This document shows positions 40,476 to 49,045 of a DNA stretch of 64,000 bases, in pieces. The notes under the pieces are model-generated. The model was given only the letters and a program-made list of their open reading frames with translations. It was not told the DNA's origin and did no database searches. Both the position numbers and the translations under genes were made by a program. How positions within the stretch are numbered: position 1 is the first letter of the stretch; each line of letters opens with the position of its first letter. This stretch comes from a virus: the IMG/VR virus record IMGVR_UViG_3300033141_004211, positions 1 through 64,000 of that record. One strand, given 5' to 3'.

Positions 40476-40745
40476 CTACCTCTGATGGTAGACGAAAACG
40501 GTACAACCCGTATCGAAATTAACCCATATCTGGGCCAGCCCCGGCTTGTCAGTCCACTCTTCAACTTCGTCCCTATCAAACACCCTCCAGCCAGAGCAGA
40601 AATCGTCAACACTAGCGACCCCACGCTTGGGCAGAAGCGTTAACCGCTGGTGCCAGGCAACAACCAGCTTCACGCCCTGCGCGGAAAGATTCCGCGCCTT
40701 ACCGTAAGGCGTGGACTCGACAAAGCGTTTCATTACATCAGGCAT
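40476..40745 (-). CDS. Hypothetical protein
   Basis: I moved the start to ATG 40745 (MPDVMKRF...), after a G-rich RBS and downstream of the holin stop. The longer track ORF would overlap the holin gene. Confidence 0.45.
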   Translation of the reverse strand: MPDVMKRFVESTPYGKARNLSAQGVKLVVAWHQRLTLLPKRGVASVDDFCSGWRVFDRDEVEEWTDKPGLAQIWVNFDTGCTVFVYHQR

Positions 40746-40761
40746 CACATCCCCCCCATCA

Positions 40762-41175
40762 TCACTGCGAGGTCCCGGGCGGGGCGACTGGTAGGATATG
40801 ATACTGGGGCTCCTTCCGGTTGGTCTCAGCCAGCACGAGGTCCTCGAGCAAGTTTTCCAGCGTATCCAAGTCCAGCTCCAGACCATAACGACTCAACATC
40901 CCCTCGGCCCGGGCGATGACATACTTCTTCTTGAGCTTACCCTGTCCCTCGTCATAGACTTGCTCAGCAGCCCTCACCAAGCCACCAACAATAGTCCTAG
41001 CCAGATAATATTCCTGGGCAGAAAGGCGACGTTTGGCCTCCACATCGAGGGTCAACAAATAGCGACGTAGATACATGGCAACGATGGGGACTAGGGCCGT
41101 CACCAGGGTTGTCAACAACACCTGGACGGCCGGGGAAATCAGTGTCAAGAAATCCTTCATGGTCATTTCACTCAC
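40762..41175 (-). CDS. Holin (LL-H-like)
   Basis: 137 aa. It has one N-terminal TM helix (AVQVLLTTLVTALVPIVAMYL) followed by a charged helical domain, as in LL-H family holins. Confidence 0.55.
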   Translation of the reverse strand: MSEMTMKDFLTLISPAVQVLLTTLVTALVPIVAMYLRRYLLTLDVEAKRRLSAQEYYLARTIVGGLVRAAEQVYDEGQGKLKKKYVIARAEGMLSRYGLELDLDTLENLLEDLVLAETNRKEPQYHILPVAPPGTSQ

Positions 41176-41192
41176 TCCTTTCTTTCCTCGAC

Positions 41193-41229
41193 GTGACTGC
41201 TCTCCCCTCTAAAGAGGGAGAGCAGTCAC
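41193..41229. repeat. Near-perfect 17-bp-stem hairpin, copy (a) of the GTGACTGCTCTC element
   Basis: GTGACTGCTCTCCCCTCT-aaa-GAGGGAGAGCAGTCAC. It shares its terminus with the elements at 48909 and 52244. Confidence 0.8.
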
Positions 41230-41249
41230 GAACATGGCAAGTTCCATCA

Positions 41250-41984
41250 TCATGCAACAATTTTACCACACCAACCTCGTTTTGTCAACCGAACAGAACC
41301 AGCGTCGCCAAAGGGGTGTTTATCATCCCGATAACAGCCCACAGAGCAAAAACCGCTGTCATCTTCACTTCTCTCCGGGGGTGCCAGTACACCAGCACAT
41401 CCTGGACAAACAGCCTCCTCACTATGTATCAAGGCCACATACCCACACATGGCACAACAGCGTAGGAGAAGATACGACTTCTCGCCCACAATAGCATAAG
41501 AACCATTACGCCGGACAAGGCGTGAGTCTGGCTCAAGACACCGCGCTATCATCATCTCATCCTCAATGGTAAGTGAAGGAACCTTCTCCCATCTGCACTC
41601 ACCACAAACGGAACGCCTTATATCACCGCGGCGCGGATCAAACCCATGAGAGAGAAGATGGCGCACATCCTGCTTGATCTCCCCCCACCGGGGGTACTGC
41701 GCACAGGCAGCAATGTCAATCTGCCTGATCTGCTCACGAGTCAAGCATTTGCGCAGTACACAGCCAGCAAGAGCAAAGCCAGGACTGAGATCCCCTTTTT
41801 TGTACGTAGAGTACTGCCGTCCTCCACTGGGCGGCACAAGCTGATCAAGCCGCGACACAGATAGATAATATCTAGCAGTGTCAGCATCAACCCCCGATGC
41901 AACGCAAAGGGCAAGGAGGACAACCTTCCACTCGGCGACCTTCTTAAGGCGGGCAACATATTGACGGTTGGTCCAGTGTGCCAT
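41250..41984 (-). CDS. Hypothetical Cys-rich protein
   Basis: 244 aa with several CxxC pairs (CGEC, CAMCG, CPGC). Confidence 0.5.
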   Translation of the reverse strand: MAHWTNRQYVARLKKVAEWKVVLLALCVASGVDADTARYYLSVSRLDQLVPPSGGRQYSTYKKGDLSPGFALAGCVLRKCLTREQIRQIDIAACAQYPRWGEIKQDVRHLLSHGFDPRRGDIRRSVCGECRWEKVPSLTIEDEMMIARCLEPDSRLVRRNGSYAIVGEKSYLLLRCCAMCGYVALIHSEEAVCPGCAGVLAPPERSEDDSGFCSVGCYRDDKHPFGDAGSVRLTKRGWCGKIVA

Positions 41985-42058
41985 TTCACCCTCCGACAGC
42001 TACTAAGTGATTACATCCCAATCATAGACGAGTTCGAGGTCATCAACCCAGCAATAAA

Positions 42059-42481
42059 TCACCGTTCACTCCTCATCATTGGCAGGGGGAACACCTTCAC
42101 CTTGATAACGCCAACTCCCCGGTGCCCATCGGTAAGCGCATCAAAAAGCGAAGCGTACAAATCAACGTATGGCCCAGGCTTCGCGTCGACCCTCACCGCG
42201 AGGACACATCGCCCACGCCATAGCTCGTAGGCGGGATCGTCAACACACACGATAACCACCTGTCCATACTCAACCCCGTACTGACTGGACATCGCCACGC
42301 CGGGGTCCTTCATGTCAACAACATCACTGAAACCAGGTGGCGTCTTCCCATTCCAATAAGCCCCATGGTGCTTGCCAAGGAATCCATCACCATCAGCGCC
42401 ATAGAACGTAGCCGATGTGGTGAACGGGGCAACTGTCAACGTCATCACGAGTAATATTCCTGCAAGGCCCATACTCACCAT
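42059..42481 (-). CDS. Secreted RlpA/DPBB-like protein (candidate lytic transglycosylase/endolysin)
   Basis: The N-terminus is signal-like (MGLAGILLVMTLTVAPF). ATFYG resembles the RlpA SWYG motif. The gene lies near the holin. Start uncertain. Confidence 0.4.
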   Translation of the reverse strand: MVSMGLAGILLVMTLTVAPFTTSATFYGADGDGFLGKHHGAYWNGKTPPGFSDVVDMKDPGVAMSSQYGVEYGQVVIVCVDDPAYELWRGRCVLAVRVDAKPGPYVDLYASLFDALTDGHRGVGVIKVKVFPLPMMRSER

Positions 42482-42514
42482 TCCAACCCGCTCGTCAAGG
42501 GAATTGGGAAAATT

Positions 42515-42793
42515 TTAAGGTTGGCAACTAGACCTTACTGTCGCAACGAGGTCATCCACCGGATTCGGATAAAGACACCGACGATACCCAACAGCGTCAA
42601 GAATTTCAACAACCCTGCCAGGATCGTCACTTCCAATCCAGGACATGAGCTCCTCAACGTCGTGGACGATAACCCCTTGAAGGGCAAGATCGGCCACACA
42701 ACGGGAACAGATTAGTTCTTTCGTACTAGCTTCAATCGCATAGCTCATTTTGCGATCACAAACCGCACAACAGTCATAATCAGCATGGGCCAT
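42515..42793 (-). CDS. Hypothetical Cys-rich protein
   Basis: 92 aa with CCAVC...CSRC. Has a GAAGGAGG RBS. Confidence 0.5.
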   Translation of the reverse strand: MAHADYDCCAVCDRKMSYAIEASTKELICSRCVADLALQGVIVHDVEELMSWIGSDDPGRVVEILDAVGYRRCLYPNPVDDLVATVRSSCQP

Positions 42794-42814
42794 ATCAACC
42801 TCCTTCTGTGTGGA

Positions 42815-42980
42815 CAGAAATCTGCTCTCTCAAACCGGAATTGTACAAGTGGCACCACGGACAACGTTCTCCAACAGCAGGGACGCAAGTCCCATACTCG
42901 CAACACTTCGGATAGAACGGAATCCACTCAAGTCTCAATCTACCATTAGAAGAATGACTATTGTTACCGTTCTCCGATAC
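42815..42980 (-). ncRNA. Candidate TnpB omega/reRNA scaffold (IS right end)
   Basis: A 170-nt non-coding stretch lies directly 3' of tnpB on the same strand. This is where IS200/IS605 TnpB guide RNAs are encoded. The boundaries are not determinable by eye. Confidence 0.35.
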
Positions 42981-44231
42981 CTACTCAAATCTCGCATAGA
43001 GACCGATGCTCGGTTCCTGCTTCTGCGAGGCTGCCAACGATGCTGCTGTTGGTTTTACATCCTCTCCACAGGCGTTCAAGGCCGAAGCCTCCAGTTCCGG
43101 CGGAACTCGCCGTACTGCTAGATTCCTGAGATTGATTGCGGCGTTTAGGTCTCTATCCAATACCGCGCCACAATCACATGTCCACACGCGATCTGATAAT
43201 GTAAGGTCATTGTTGATTGTACCACAGACATGACAAGTTTTGCTTGAAGGGAAAAATCTATCCACGATATAGATTTGGTTGCCAGACCAAGTAGCCTTAT
43301 ACTCCAACTGCCTGCGAAACTCATAGAAGCTAACGTCAGAAATTGTGCGGGCCACGTGGTGATTCTTCAGCATCCCGCTAACGTTCAGGTCTTCAATTGC
43401 TATCACACTCGGTCTCTCGCTATCAGGCTTGGCTCTCGCAACGATAGCAGAAGTGGCCTTGTGCAAAGCATCGCGCCTCGAGTTGGCTATCTTGTAGTGT
43501 AGCTTGGCAATCCCAGCTTTGGTCTTCTTCCGATTTTGCCCACCGCGCTTTCGTCTAGCCAATTCTCGTTGAAGCCGAACCAACTTGCGCTGTGCTTTCC
43601 GTAGGGCTTTGGGATTCTCAAATCGCCGCCCGTCACTGACGACAGCCATATCCTTCACACCCAAGTCAACACCAATTGCCTCACCAGTAGCAGGCGTGAC
43701 ATCAATATCCTCACGCACCTGAACGCTGACAAACCACCGGCCAGCTTTCTCGGTAACTGTAGCGGACAGGATGTGTGCATCAGTAGGGATATAGCCGCGT
43801 TCCTTGAGGCGCAGCCAACCAATACGTGGAAGACGAATTCTATCAGTCCTAACCCGGATCGCGCCTGTCAACCGAAAACTCCCAATGCCGCGCTTTCTGG
43901 ACTTGAACTTTGGAAAACCGACTTCTTCCTCGCCATTCTTGACGCGCCGAAAGAAGTTCTGGTAAGCCTTGTCAAGATCACGAAGGGCCACCTGAAAAAC
44001 ACACTTACTAACAGTGTAACACCAGGCATATTCTGGAGTCTTCTTGAGAGCGTTCAGTTGCCGATGCTGTTCAATGGCGTTACTTGACTTACCCGTCTCT
44101 TTGTATTCTTGGATACGCCTTGCTAGGCCCCAGTTATAAGCAAAACGTGAAGCACCAGCATGACAGATCAATGCCGCGCGTTGCTTGTTATTGGGATCAA
44201 GCTCGGTTTTGTAGGCCCTAAGAATTAGCAT
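42981..44231 (-). CDS. tnpB: TnpB (IS200/IS605-family OrfB RNA-guided nuclease), no tnpA
   Basis: The N-terminus, LRAYKTELDPNNKQ, is typical of OrfB. RuvC-like motifs: IGVDLGVKD, IAIEDLNV, DRDLNAAINL. Zinc finger: CHVCG...CDCG. Confidence 0.85.
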   Translation of the reverse strand: MLILRAYKTELDPNNKQRAALICHAGASRFAYNWGLARRIQEYKETGKSSNAIEQHRQLNALKKTPEYAWCYTVSKCVFQVALRDLDKAYQNFFRRVKNGEEEVGFPKFKSRKRGIGSFRLTGAIRVRTDRIRLPRIGWLRLKERGYIPTDAHILSATVTEKAGRWFVSVQVREDIDVTPATGEAIGVDLGVKDMAVVSDGRRFENPKALRKAQRKLVRLQRELARRKRGGQNRKKTKAGIAKLHYKIANSRRDALHKATSAIVARAKPDSERPSVIAIEDLNVSGMLKNHHVARTISDVSFYEFRRQLEYKATWSGNQIYIVDRFFPSSKTCHVCGTINNDLTLSDRVWTCDCGAVLDRDLNAAINLRNLAVRRVPPELEASALNACGEDVKPTAASLAASQKQEPSIGLYARFE

Positions 44232-44354
44232 CGTCCATTTCCAAAAAGGAAGCCCTTCAGCCTAGCGGTTTCTGTCTAGGAAAACCAACGCTTTAGGCCT
44301 CAGGGCTATGAAAAACAAAATCCGCCTGCGCTTATCGCTTTCCTAGACAACCTG

Positions 44355-44383
44355 ATTATAACACGAGGCTTCAGTAATGTCAA
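44355..44383 (-). promoter_or_regulatory. Perfect consensus sigma70 promoter facing tnpB
   Basis: On the minus strand: TTGACA (44383-44378), a 17-nt spacer, then TATAAT (44360-44355). Confidence 0.7.
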
Positions 44384-44541
44384 GTAGATAGGAGCAAGTT
44401 AGAGCTTAACTATTCCTACCCCATCGCCAATAACTATAACGGTAGTACCTTGTTCACATTAAGGGAAAGCTCACTTATGGGCGGCTTTCCCGTCCATGTG
44501 AGCGAAGCGAAGCGAGCGAACCGGGAATAACTAGCCATGCT

Positions 44542-44613
44542 CTCTTATTATATCTCTTATTATATGGTGGGTACTGGAGTACCCGGGTAGGTGGGTACTG
44601 GAGTACCCGGGTA
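44542..44613. repeat. Two pairs of tandem direct repeats (iteron-like)
   Basis: CTCTTATTATAT occurs twice (44542-44565). GGTGGGTACTGGAGTACCCGGGTA occurs twice (44566-44613). Each 24-mer contains the inverted repeat GGGTACT-GG-AGTACCC. Confidence 0.9.
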
Positions 44614-44619
44614 TTCAAC

Positions 44620-45006
44620 CTAAACATCTTGCATACTGCGAATAGCTTGCGAGAAGTTTGAAAAGTCATAAACGTGTGTCCAACCTGGTCGCTCTATGAC
44701 AGTCAGCAACCCCTTGTACTCTAGGCTCTTTCGCAGCTTGGTGATGCTTTTTCTTTCGGCGTATCCCATTCGTTTTCGCAGTGTGTCTATGGAGGGAGAT
44801 GGCTCACCCCCCCAAAAGGCTTCCCACTTGAACGACGCCAAATGGAAAATAAACATGGCTTCCTGATTCGAGATCCCAGTGCCACGTCTCCCATTAGCTC
44901 CAACCCATGGGACACGAGCGTAGTTTTTCAATACGACATTCGGGATCATGGTAAAAGAAGCCTTATCCCACTCAGGAACTCCCCACCTGAACTTACACTT
45001 GCTCAT
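44620..45006 (-). CDS. Winged-helix replication-initiator/organiser-like protein
   Basis: I placed the start at ATG 45006, in an ATGA overlap. The pattern FTMIPNVVL ... ISNQEAMFIFHLASF ... SIDTLRKRMGYAERKSITKLRKSLEYKGLLTV is typical of DnaD/phage Rep wHTH proteins. Confidence 0.5.
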   Translation of the reverse strand: MSKCKFRWGVPEWDKASFTMIPNVVLKNYARVPWVGANGRRGTGISNQEAMFIFHLASFKWEAFWGGEPSPSIDTLRKRMGYAERKSITKLRKSLEYKGLLTVIERPGWTHVYDFSNFSQAIRSMQDV

Positions 45007-45200
45007 CCGACCCCCCACTCGTCCAGCATAGCCTCCACGCATTCACTCAACTCACGCCCACCAATGGCTTCGGCGAACATACACATCAAGTTCTCAAGCG
45101 TGTCGGCATCCACGCTAAAGAGATATGTCCCGTTTGGCGCAATGAGCACCCAGGTTCCATCACGGACCCCCTGTAGCATCCAACCGCCTTCAGACATCAT
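45003..45200 (-). CDS. Hypothetical protein
   Basis: 65-aa ORF. Confidence 0.45.
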   Translation of the reverse strand: MMSEGGWMLQGVRDGTWVLIAPNGTYLFSVDADTLENLMCMFAEAIGGRELSECVEAMLDEWGVG

Positions 45201-45354
45201 AGTTCACTCTCCATAGCATACTGACAAAGTGTAGCCTCGTCGTCATGTTCCATTACCCCTCTCCTTCCTTGATCTGTTCCCTTGGTTGAACGCTTCAATT
45301 CCCTGACGGACGAGAATAACGACCTATTTAACACCACCAATCCCCATTACGAAA

Positions 45355-45558
45355 TCACTGGGTCAACCACGCCACAGCATGACCAAAAATGGTATCCACG
45401 TCCTTATACGACAGAGATTCCACCTCATACGTTATGGTGTCGGCAATCTCCTCCTCAACATCGATGTACTCCAAAATGAGGATAACAAGGTCTTTTAGCC
45501 ACTCGGCGGCCTCAGCACTAGTACAGTCGGACTGAATGGTCAATAAAGGTGTACTCAT
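45355..45558 (-). CDS. Hypothetical small acidic protein (paralog family)
   Basis: Start assumed at ATG 45558. It shares the LILEYID/LILEYLD segment with 46352-46603. Confidence 0.4.
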   Translation of the reverse strand: MSTPLLTIQSDCTSAEAAEWLKDLVILILEYIDVEEEIADTITYEVESLSYKDVDTIFGHAVAWLTQ

Positions 45559-45813
45559 AGTTTTGTCTGGTTTACCAAAATGTGCCAAATTGACACAAAC
45601 TGGACGGCTGCCTTTCTTCAGCCAAACCCAAATAGCTCAATTGTTTAGGTCGCTCGTTCATTTCTTTCGCCAATGCTTCAGCGTCTTCTTGATTCTCACA
45701 GACACGGAACAAGATGCGTTGCGGATTCCACACACACCACTTATTACACGTAGGCCCTTCATGCCATGACTGCCGAACGAAGTAAAATTCATTATCTTGC
45801 CTCCCCTCTACAC

Positions 45814-46383
45814 TTAATGGTCAATCCTCACAATCCCCTGCTGCTGACAGTGCTCACAGCGACAAGGGCCTTTCCACCGCCATCTATCCTCAGCCCCCAT
45901 AAGACAATAGTACTCTCCTTCTGCCCTCTCCTGTGCGCCGAGGGCCTGTAGCCGAACGTGGGCTGGCATTTTGCGCCTAACAAAATGTTCAAAGCTCTCC
46001 AACAACTCCTCATCCGTCAAGTGAACATTATACGTATAGTGAGAAAACCAGTCAATGCACCACGTGTCCCTCCCCCTATCCTCTACCTCAAATCCAACCA
46101 ACACAGCCCCCTGGTCGGCCAGGGTCGGCAAAGAGCCACGAGGCGCACGTAAGTTGGAAATCCAGAACTGACGAACATCGGCCTCTAACTCCTCTCTCTT
46201 GGGTCGCCGCCGATACATCCTATCCCAGCACAGCGTCTCGACGGGAGGCAAAAGCACCCACTTGTGGTTATACCTATCCACGAAATCGTGGTACTTCGTA
46301 GGGTGCTCGATAACATACCACAGAGTGAATTGATAAATTGGGTAGAGATACTCATTCGCTATCACTAGCGCCCCCCCTACCAC
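45814..46383 (-). CDS. Hypothetical protein
   Basis: 189-aa ORF with a C-terminal CRCEHC. Confidence 0.5.
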   Translation of the reverse strand: MVGGALVIANEYLYPIYQFTLWYVIEHPTKYHDFVDRYNHKWVLLPPVETLCWDRMYRRRPKREELEADVRQFWISNLRAPRGSLPTLADQGAVLVGFEVEDRGRDTWCIDWFSHYTYNVHLTDEELLESFEHFVRRKMPAHVRLQALGAQERAEGEYYCLMGAEDRWRWKGPCRCEHCQQQGIVRIDH

Positions 46384-46603
46384 CGCCCCATCTCAAGTCA
46401 AGACGGGTTTCCAAATCATCCTTGACAGCCGCCAGGAAATCCCGGCCTGAGCCTGACCACCTCTCTGGCTCAGCGTCCAGATACTCCAGAATCAGCGTCA
46501 CCATACCCGGCCACTGCTCAGGCTCTAACTTGGCTATGGCCTCAGCCGCTGTGTTACAGGCATGCATTGCCTCAAGTAATCTTGTGTCAAATGCAATTCT
46601 CAT
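46352..46603 (-). CDS. Hypothetical small protein (paralog family)
   Basis: The N-terminus, FDTRLLEAMHACNTAAEA, resembles that of 47421-47756. Confidence 0.45.
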   Translation of the reverse strand: MRIAFDTRLLEAMHACNTAAEAIAKLEPEQWPGMVTLILEYLDAEPERWSGSGRDFLAAVKDDLETRLDLRWGGGRGGASDSE

Positions 46604-46653
46604 AATCCTATCCTCCCCAACACAAAGAGAGCGTTGAGAGTGACTGGCCTCTG

Positions 46654-47424
46654 TCAGGTCACGGCAGAAAGCGCCTTATGGCTGCCCACCATTCCTATCT
46701 CCCTGGGCATCTCATCCCAGGTGCGGCCCCGGAGAACTCGCCCCGCGCGCTTCTTTCTGAGCCCTCCCCATTGTTTGAAAAAGAAGGGTACATTAGCCGC
46801 AAGGCATTGATCGCGAATGTCAACGACCCACTCCTCTGCCATTGGCCGTGCTCCAGGTCCTGACTCACCCCCGACAATGACCCAGCCTATGCCATGCAGG
46901 GCGAGGCTTGGCAATGGGCCAAGCAGGGGCTCTAGTGAGAGGAATTTGAGGTGGGCGCTCGTTTGCCTGAGATGTCCAATGCGGAACATATAATCTTGGT
47001 TTTCCACGCTGACGCCCATCCACACATTGGGAGGCCAGTCAATCTCTTGATTGAGTTCGAGTAGCCGCCTGGATCGTTTGGTGAGCACCTGAAATATGTG
47101 CCAAGAAGCACGGCGCATGACATCGAAGACCTCTTGGATGAATTCCAGCGGTACATCTTCGTGGAAAAGGTCGCTCATCGAATTGACAAAGATCATCCGT
47201 GGCTTTTTCCAGCTCAGAGGCAATTCCAACATATGCTCATGTATGGTCAACTTGAAGCCATTGACATAGTTGGGTTGCCCCATGGCACGTAGTCGCAGCG
47301 CCATGCGTTCAGCGTAGCAGTGTTTACATCCCGGACTGACTTTGGTGCATCCCGTCACTGGATTCCAGGTGGATTCTGTCCACTCAATGCTTGAGCGGGT
47401 TCCCATGGGCCATACTCCTCTCAA
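46654..47424 (-). CDS. Phage Gp37/Gp68 (DUF5131) family protein
   Basis: Signature N-terminus: [30 protein letters not shown]. Confidence 0.8.
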   Translation of the reverse strand: MRGVWPMGTRSSIEWTESTWNPVTGCTKVSPGCKHCYAERMALRLRAMGQPNYVNGFKLTIHEHMLELPLSWKKPRMIFVNSMSDLFHEDVPLEFIQEVFDVMRRASWHIFQVLTKRSRRLLELNQEIDWPPNVWMGVSVENQDYMFRIGHLRQTSAHLKFLSLEPLLGPLPSLALHGIGWVIVGGESGPGARPMAEEWVVDIRDQCLAANVPFFFKQWGGLRKKRAGRVLRGRTWDEMPREIGMVGSHKALSAVT

Positions 47425-47756
47425 TCAAACTCCAGGTTAAAGTTAAGCCGCCCCCCAACCCGGTCGAGTTGATCCAGAAACCATTCCTCGTCTAGCCTAT
47501 TCAGTCGAGCCAAGGCTTCATCAACAGGAAGAGATGTAAGGATGTAGGCGAATAGTTCATCCATGTCCTCCACCTCGGGATCGCTGACAACTTCCAATAT
47601 CACCTGTGGATCAGGCCCAAAGTGCTTTTGCAGGTAGACGTGAGCATCAAGAAGGACCTCGACAAGCTGTGGATGAGCATACAAGAAATGTCGTACAGCC
47701 GCTGCGTTACAGGCCTGTGCTACCTCAGACAACCTTGTGTCAAATGAAACACTCAT
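47421..47756 (-). CDS. Hypothetical protein (paralog family)
   Basis: 111 aa with a GGGAGGA RBS. N-terminus: [16 protein letters not shown]. Confidence 0.55.
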   Translation of the reverse strand: MSVSFDTRLSEVAQACNAAAVRHFLYAHPQLVEVLLDAHVYLQKHFGPDPQVILEVVSDPEVEDMDELFAYILTSLPVDEALARLNRLDEEWFLDQLDRVGGRLNFNLEFD

Positions 47757-47784
47757 ACATATATCCTCCCATCAGGCACAAATA

Positions 47785-47813
47785 TTGACATCATTCCCCT
47801 GATAGGGTATAAT
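47785..47813 (+). promoter_or_regulatory. Perfect consensus sigma70 promoter, antisense to the gene flow
   Basis: TTGACA (47785-47790), a 17-nt spacer, then TATAAT (47808-47813). Confidence 0.7.
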
Positions 47814-47819
47814 ATAACT

Positions 47820-47885
47820 AATCCATTTAATGGAGGTGAATGGCCGGAGGGTCATCGGAACGCTCCGAAAGGGGCGTTTTCCTTT
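47820..47885 (+). ncRNA. Candidate ~65-nt small RNA 1
   Basis: Runs from the predicted TSS to an intrinsic terminator, AACGCTCC-gaaa-GGGGCGTT followed by TTCCTTT (47859-47885). No credible RBS or ORF. Confidence 0.45.
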
Positions 47886-47895
47886 AGCCCTCAAT

Positions 47896-47925
47896 CTGGC
47901 AAAAAATGGTTCTGTCTGCTATAAT
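47896..47925 (+). promoter_or_regulatory. Second plus-strand promoter
   Basis: CTGGCA, an 18-nt spacer, then TATAAT (47920-47925). Confidence 0.45.
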
Positions 47926-47931
47926 ATAGTT

Positions 47932-47993
47932 GCCTCATCTACCACGTGTAGAAAGAGATCATTCACCGCCCCGGAGGGCGGTGATTGCATTTT
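47932..47993 (+). ncRNA. Candidate ~60-nt small RNA 2
   Basis: Ends in TCACCGCCC-cgga-GGGCGGTGA followed by TTGCATTTT (47963-47993). Confidence 0.4.
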
Positions 47994-48013
47994 GGACTAT
48001 CTTACCAGTTTAT

Positions 48014-48322
48014 TCACCTATCCCTCCCACCAGCCAGGCCCGAATCCTCCTCAACGCCGATAGCCGTGCCGCACGTCGGGCAGGTTACAACACGGGGCAA
48101 CTCGTTCACAACAGGCAGGTCGGGTGCAGATTTGTGCCCCGAAGACGCCTCCTGATAATACTGCACCGGCACGATGGCTAGATGCAATATAACCCTACAT
48201 TTACACCCAGGACAGACACCCAAGCTGTCCCCCGAGGCAAAAACCCCCCAGTGATTACGCTCAAACAAACGTCCACACCGAGGGCATTTGACGGTAAAGC
48301 GGAAGTCAAACTTTTTCATCAT
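48014..48322 (-). CDS. Zinc-ribbon protein
   Basis: Start placed at ATG 48322, after AAGGAAG. Motifs: CPRCG...CPGCKC...CPTCG. Confidence 0.5.
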   Translation of the reverse strand: MMKKFDFRFTVKCPRCGRLFERNHWGVFASGDSLGVCPGCKCRVILHLAIVPVQYYQEASSGHKSAPDLPVVNELPRVVTCPTCGTAIGVEEDSGLAGGRDR

Positions 48323-48403
48323 TATCTTCCTTAAATAGTTATGCACCTCTCCTCGCAGAGCTTTTTTCCATCACAGTGTCACAGTGAGCTAGTCCCTCTC
48401 TCA

Positions 48404-48709
48404 TTATTCCTGAAGCAATTCTATAATCCATTCCTCTAGCTTGTGGACATTAGACCATCCGTGTTTACGGCCACACAGCCTGCCATTGCGGAATAGCAGG
48501 AATGTAGGTAGCGTCGTTATCATCCACGTGGAAGCTAGCTTACTGTGAACGTCCACCAGCCCAACCTCGACGAGGTGCAGCCTGCCCAGAGCCTGCTTTG
48601 CGGATTCGCAAGCACGGCATTGTGGGCCAGTAAACATAATCAGTGTTGGCGTCTCGCTGTTCACAAAATCACCAAAGGTGTTGCTGTCTAGCTTGACCAT
48701 GATGGTCAT
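48404..48709 (-). CDS. Thioredoxin-like protein
   Basis: 101 aa with a CxxC active site in FTGPQCRACESAK and TLPTFLLF later. Confidence 0.7.
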   Translation of the reverse strand: MTIMVKLDSNTFGDFVNSETPTLIMFTGPQCRACESAKQALGRLHLVEVGLVDVHSKLASTWMITTLPTFLLFRNGRLCGRKHGWSNVHKLEEWIIELLQE

Positions 48710-48908
48710 GGTGGGAAGGCCTTCCTCTCAATACTCATAATCTTATCCCTCTGATTACACAGAAGCCCACCAATCGCGTGAACCTCCGGCCTCCCTTGCC
48801 ATCACCAGTAGAACGGACGAAAACTAGGTGATGACAGCCGCAGGCCCACGCGACTGATGGGCTTCATCATTGTCCGTTCTACCATAACCCAAGGAGAAGG
48901 TGTTACAG

Positions 48909-48999
48909 TGTGACTGCTCTCCCTCTAAAGAGGGAGCTTCTAGGCCGAGGCCAGAGACGCCAGCCCGCGTCTCAGAACGTTGATTGCAGCATTCAGATC
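48909..48999 (-). repeat. Copy (b) of a conserved ~90-nt structured element
   Basis: The minus-sense sequence reads GATCTGAATGCTGCAATCAACGTTCTGA ... CCTAGAAGC ... GAGAGCAGTCAC. The same blocks occur at 52244-52329. Confidence 0.75.
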
Positions 49000-49045
49000 T
49001 CTTCATCTCCCTAAAGCAAGGAGCTTTCTGGCGCAGTCTCTATAA

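Larger units (their letters stand above)
42815..44400 (-). mobile_element. IS1341-type (solo tnpB) insertion element, approximate ends
   Basis: tnpB plus flanking structured non-coding ends. The left end carries a GTCTAGGAAA...TTTCCTAGAC long-range pair at 44283-44350. The exact termini are not resolved. Confidence 0.5.

Noticed and set aside
42470-42522. A fourth full member of the AACCTTAAAATTTTC promoter family upstream of the DPBB-like gene.
   Set aside because: The -35 is TTGACG, and the best -10 would fall inside the annotated start codon region of 42059-42481. I count it only as a partial copy or possible operator.
47830-48063. A 77-aa plus-strand ORF downstream of the consensus promoter.
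   Set aside because: It has no RBS, reads straight through two intrinsic terminators, and overlaps the 3' end of a minus-strand gene. The region is better explained as short non-coding transcripts.
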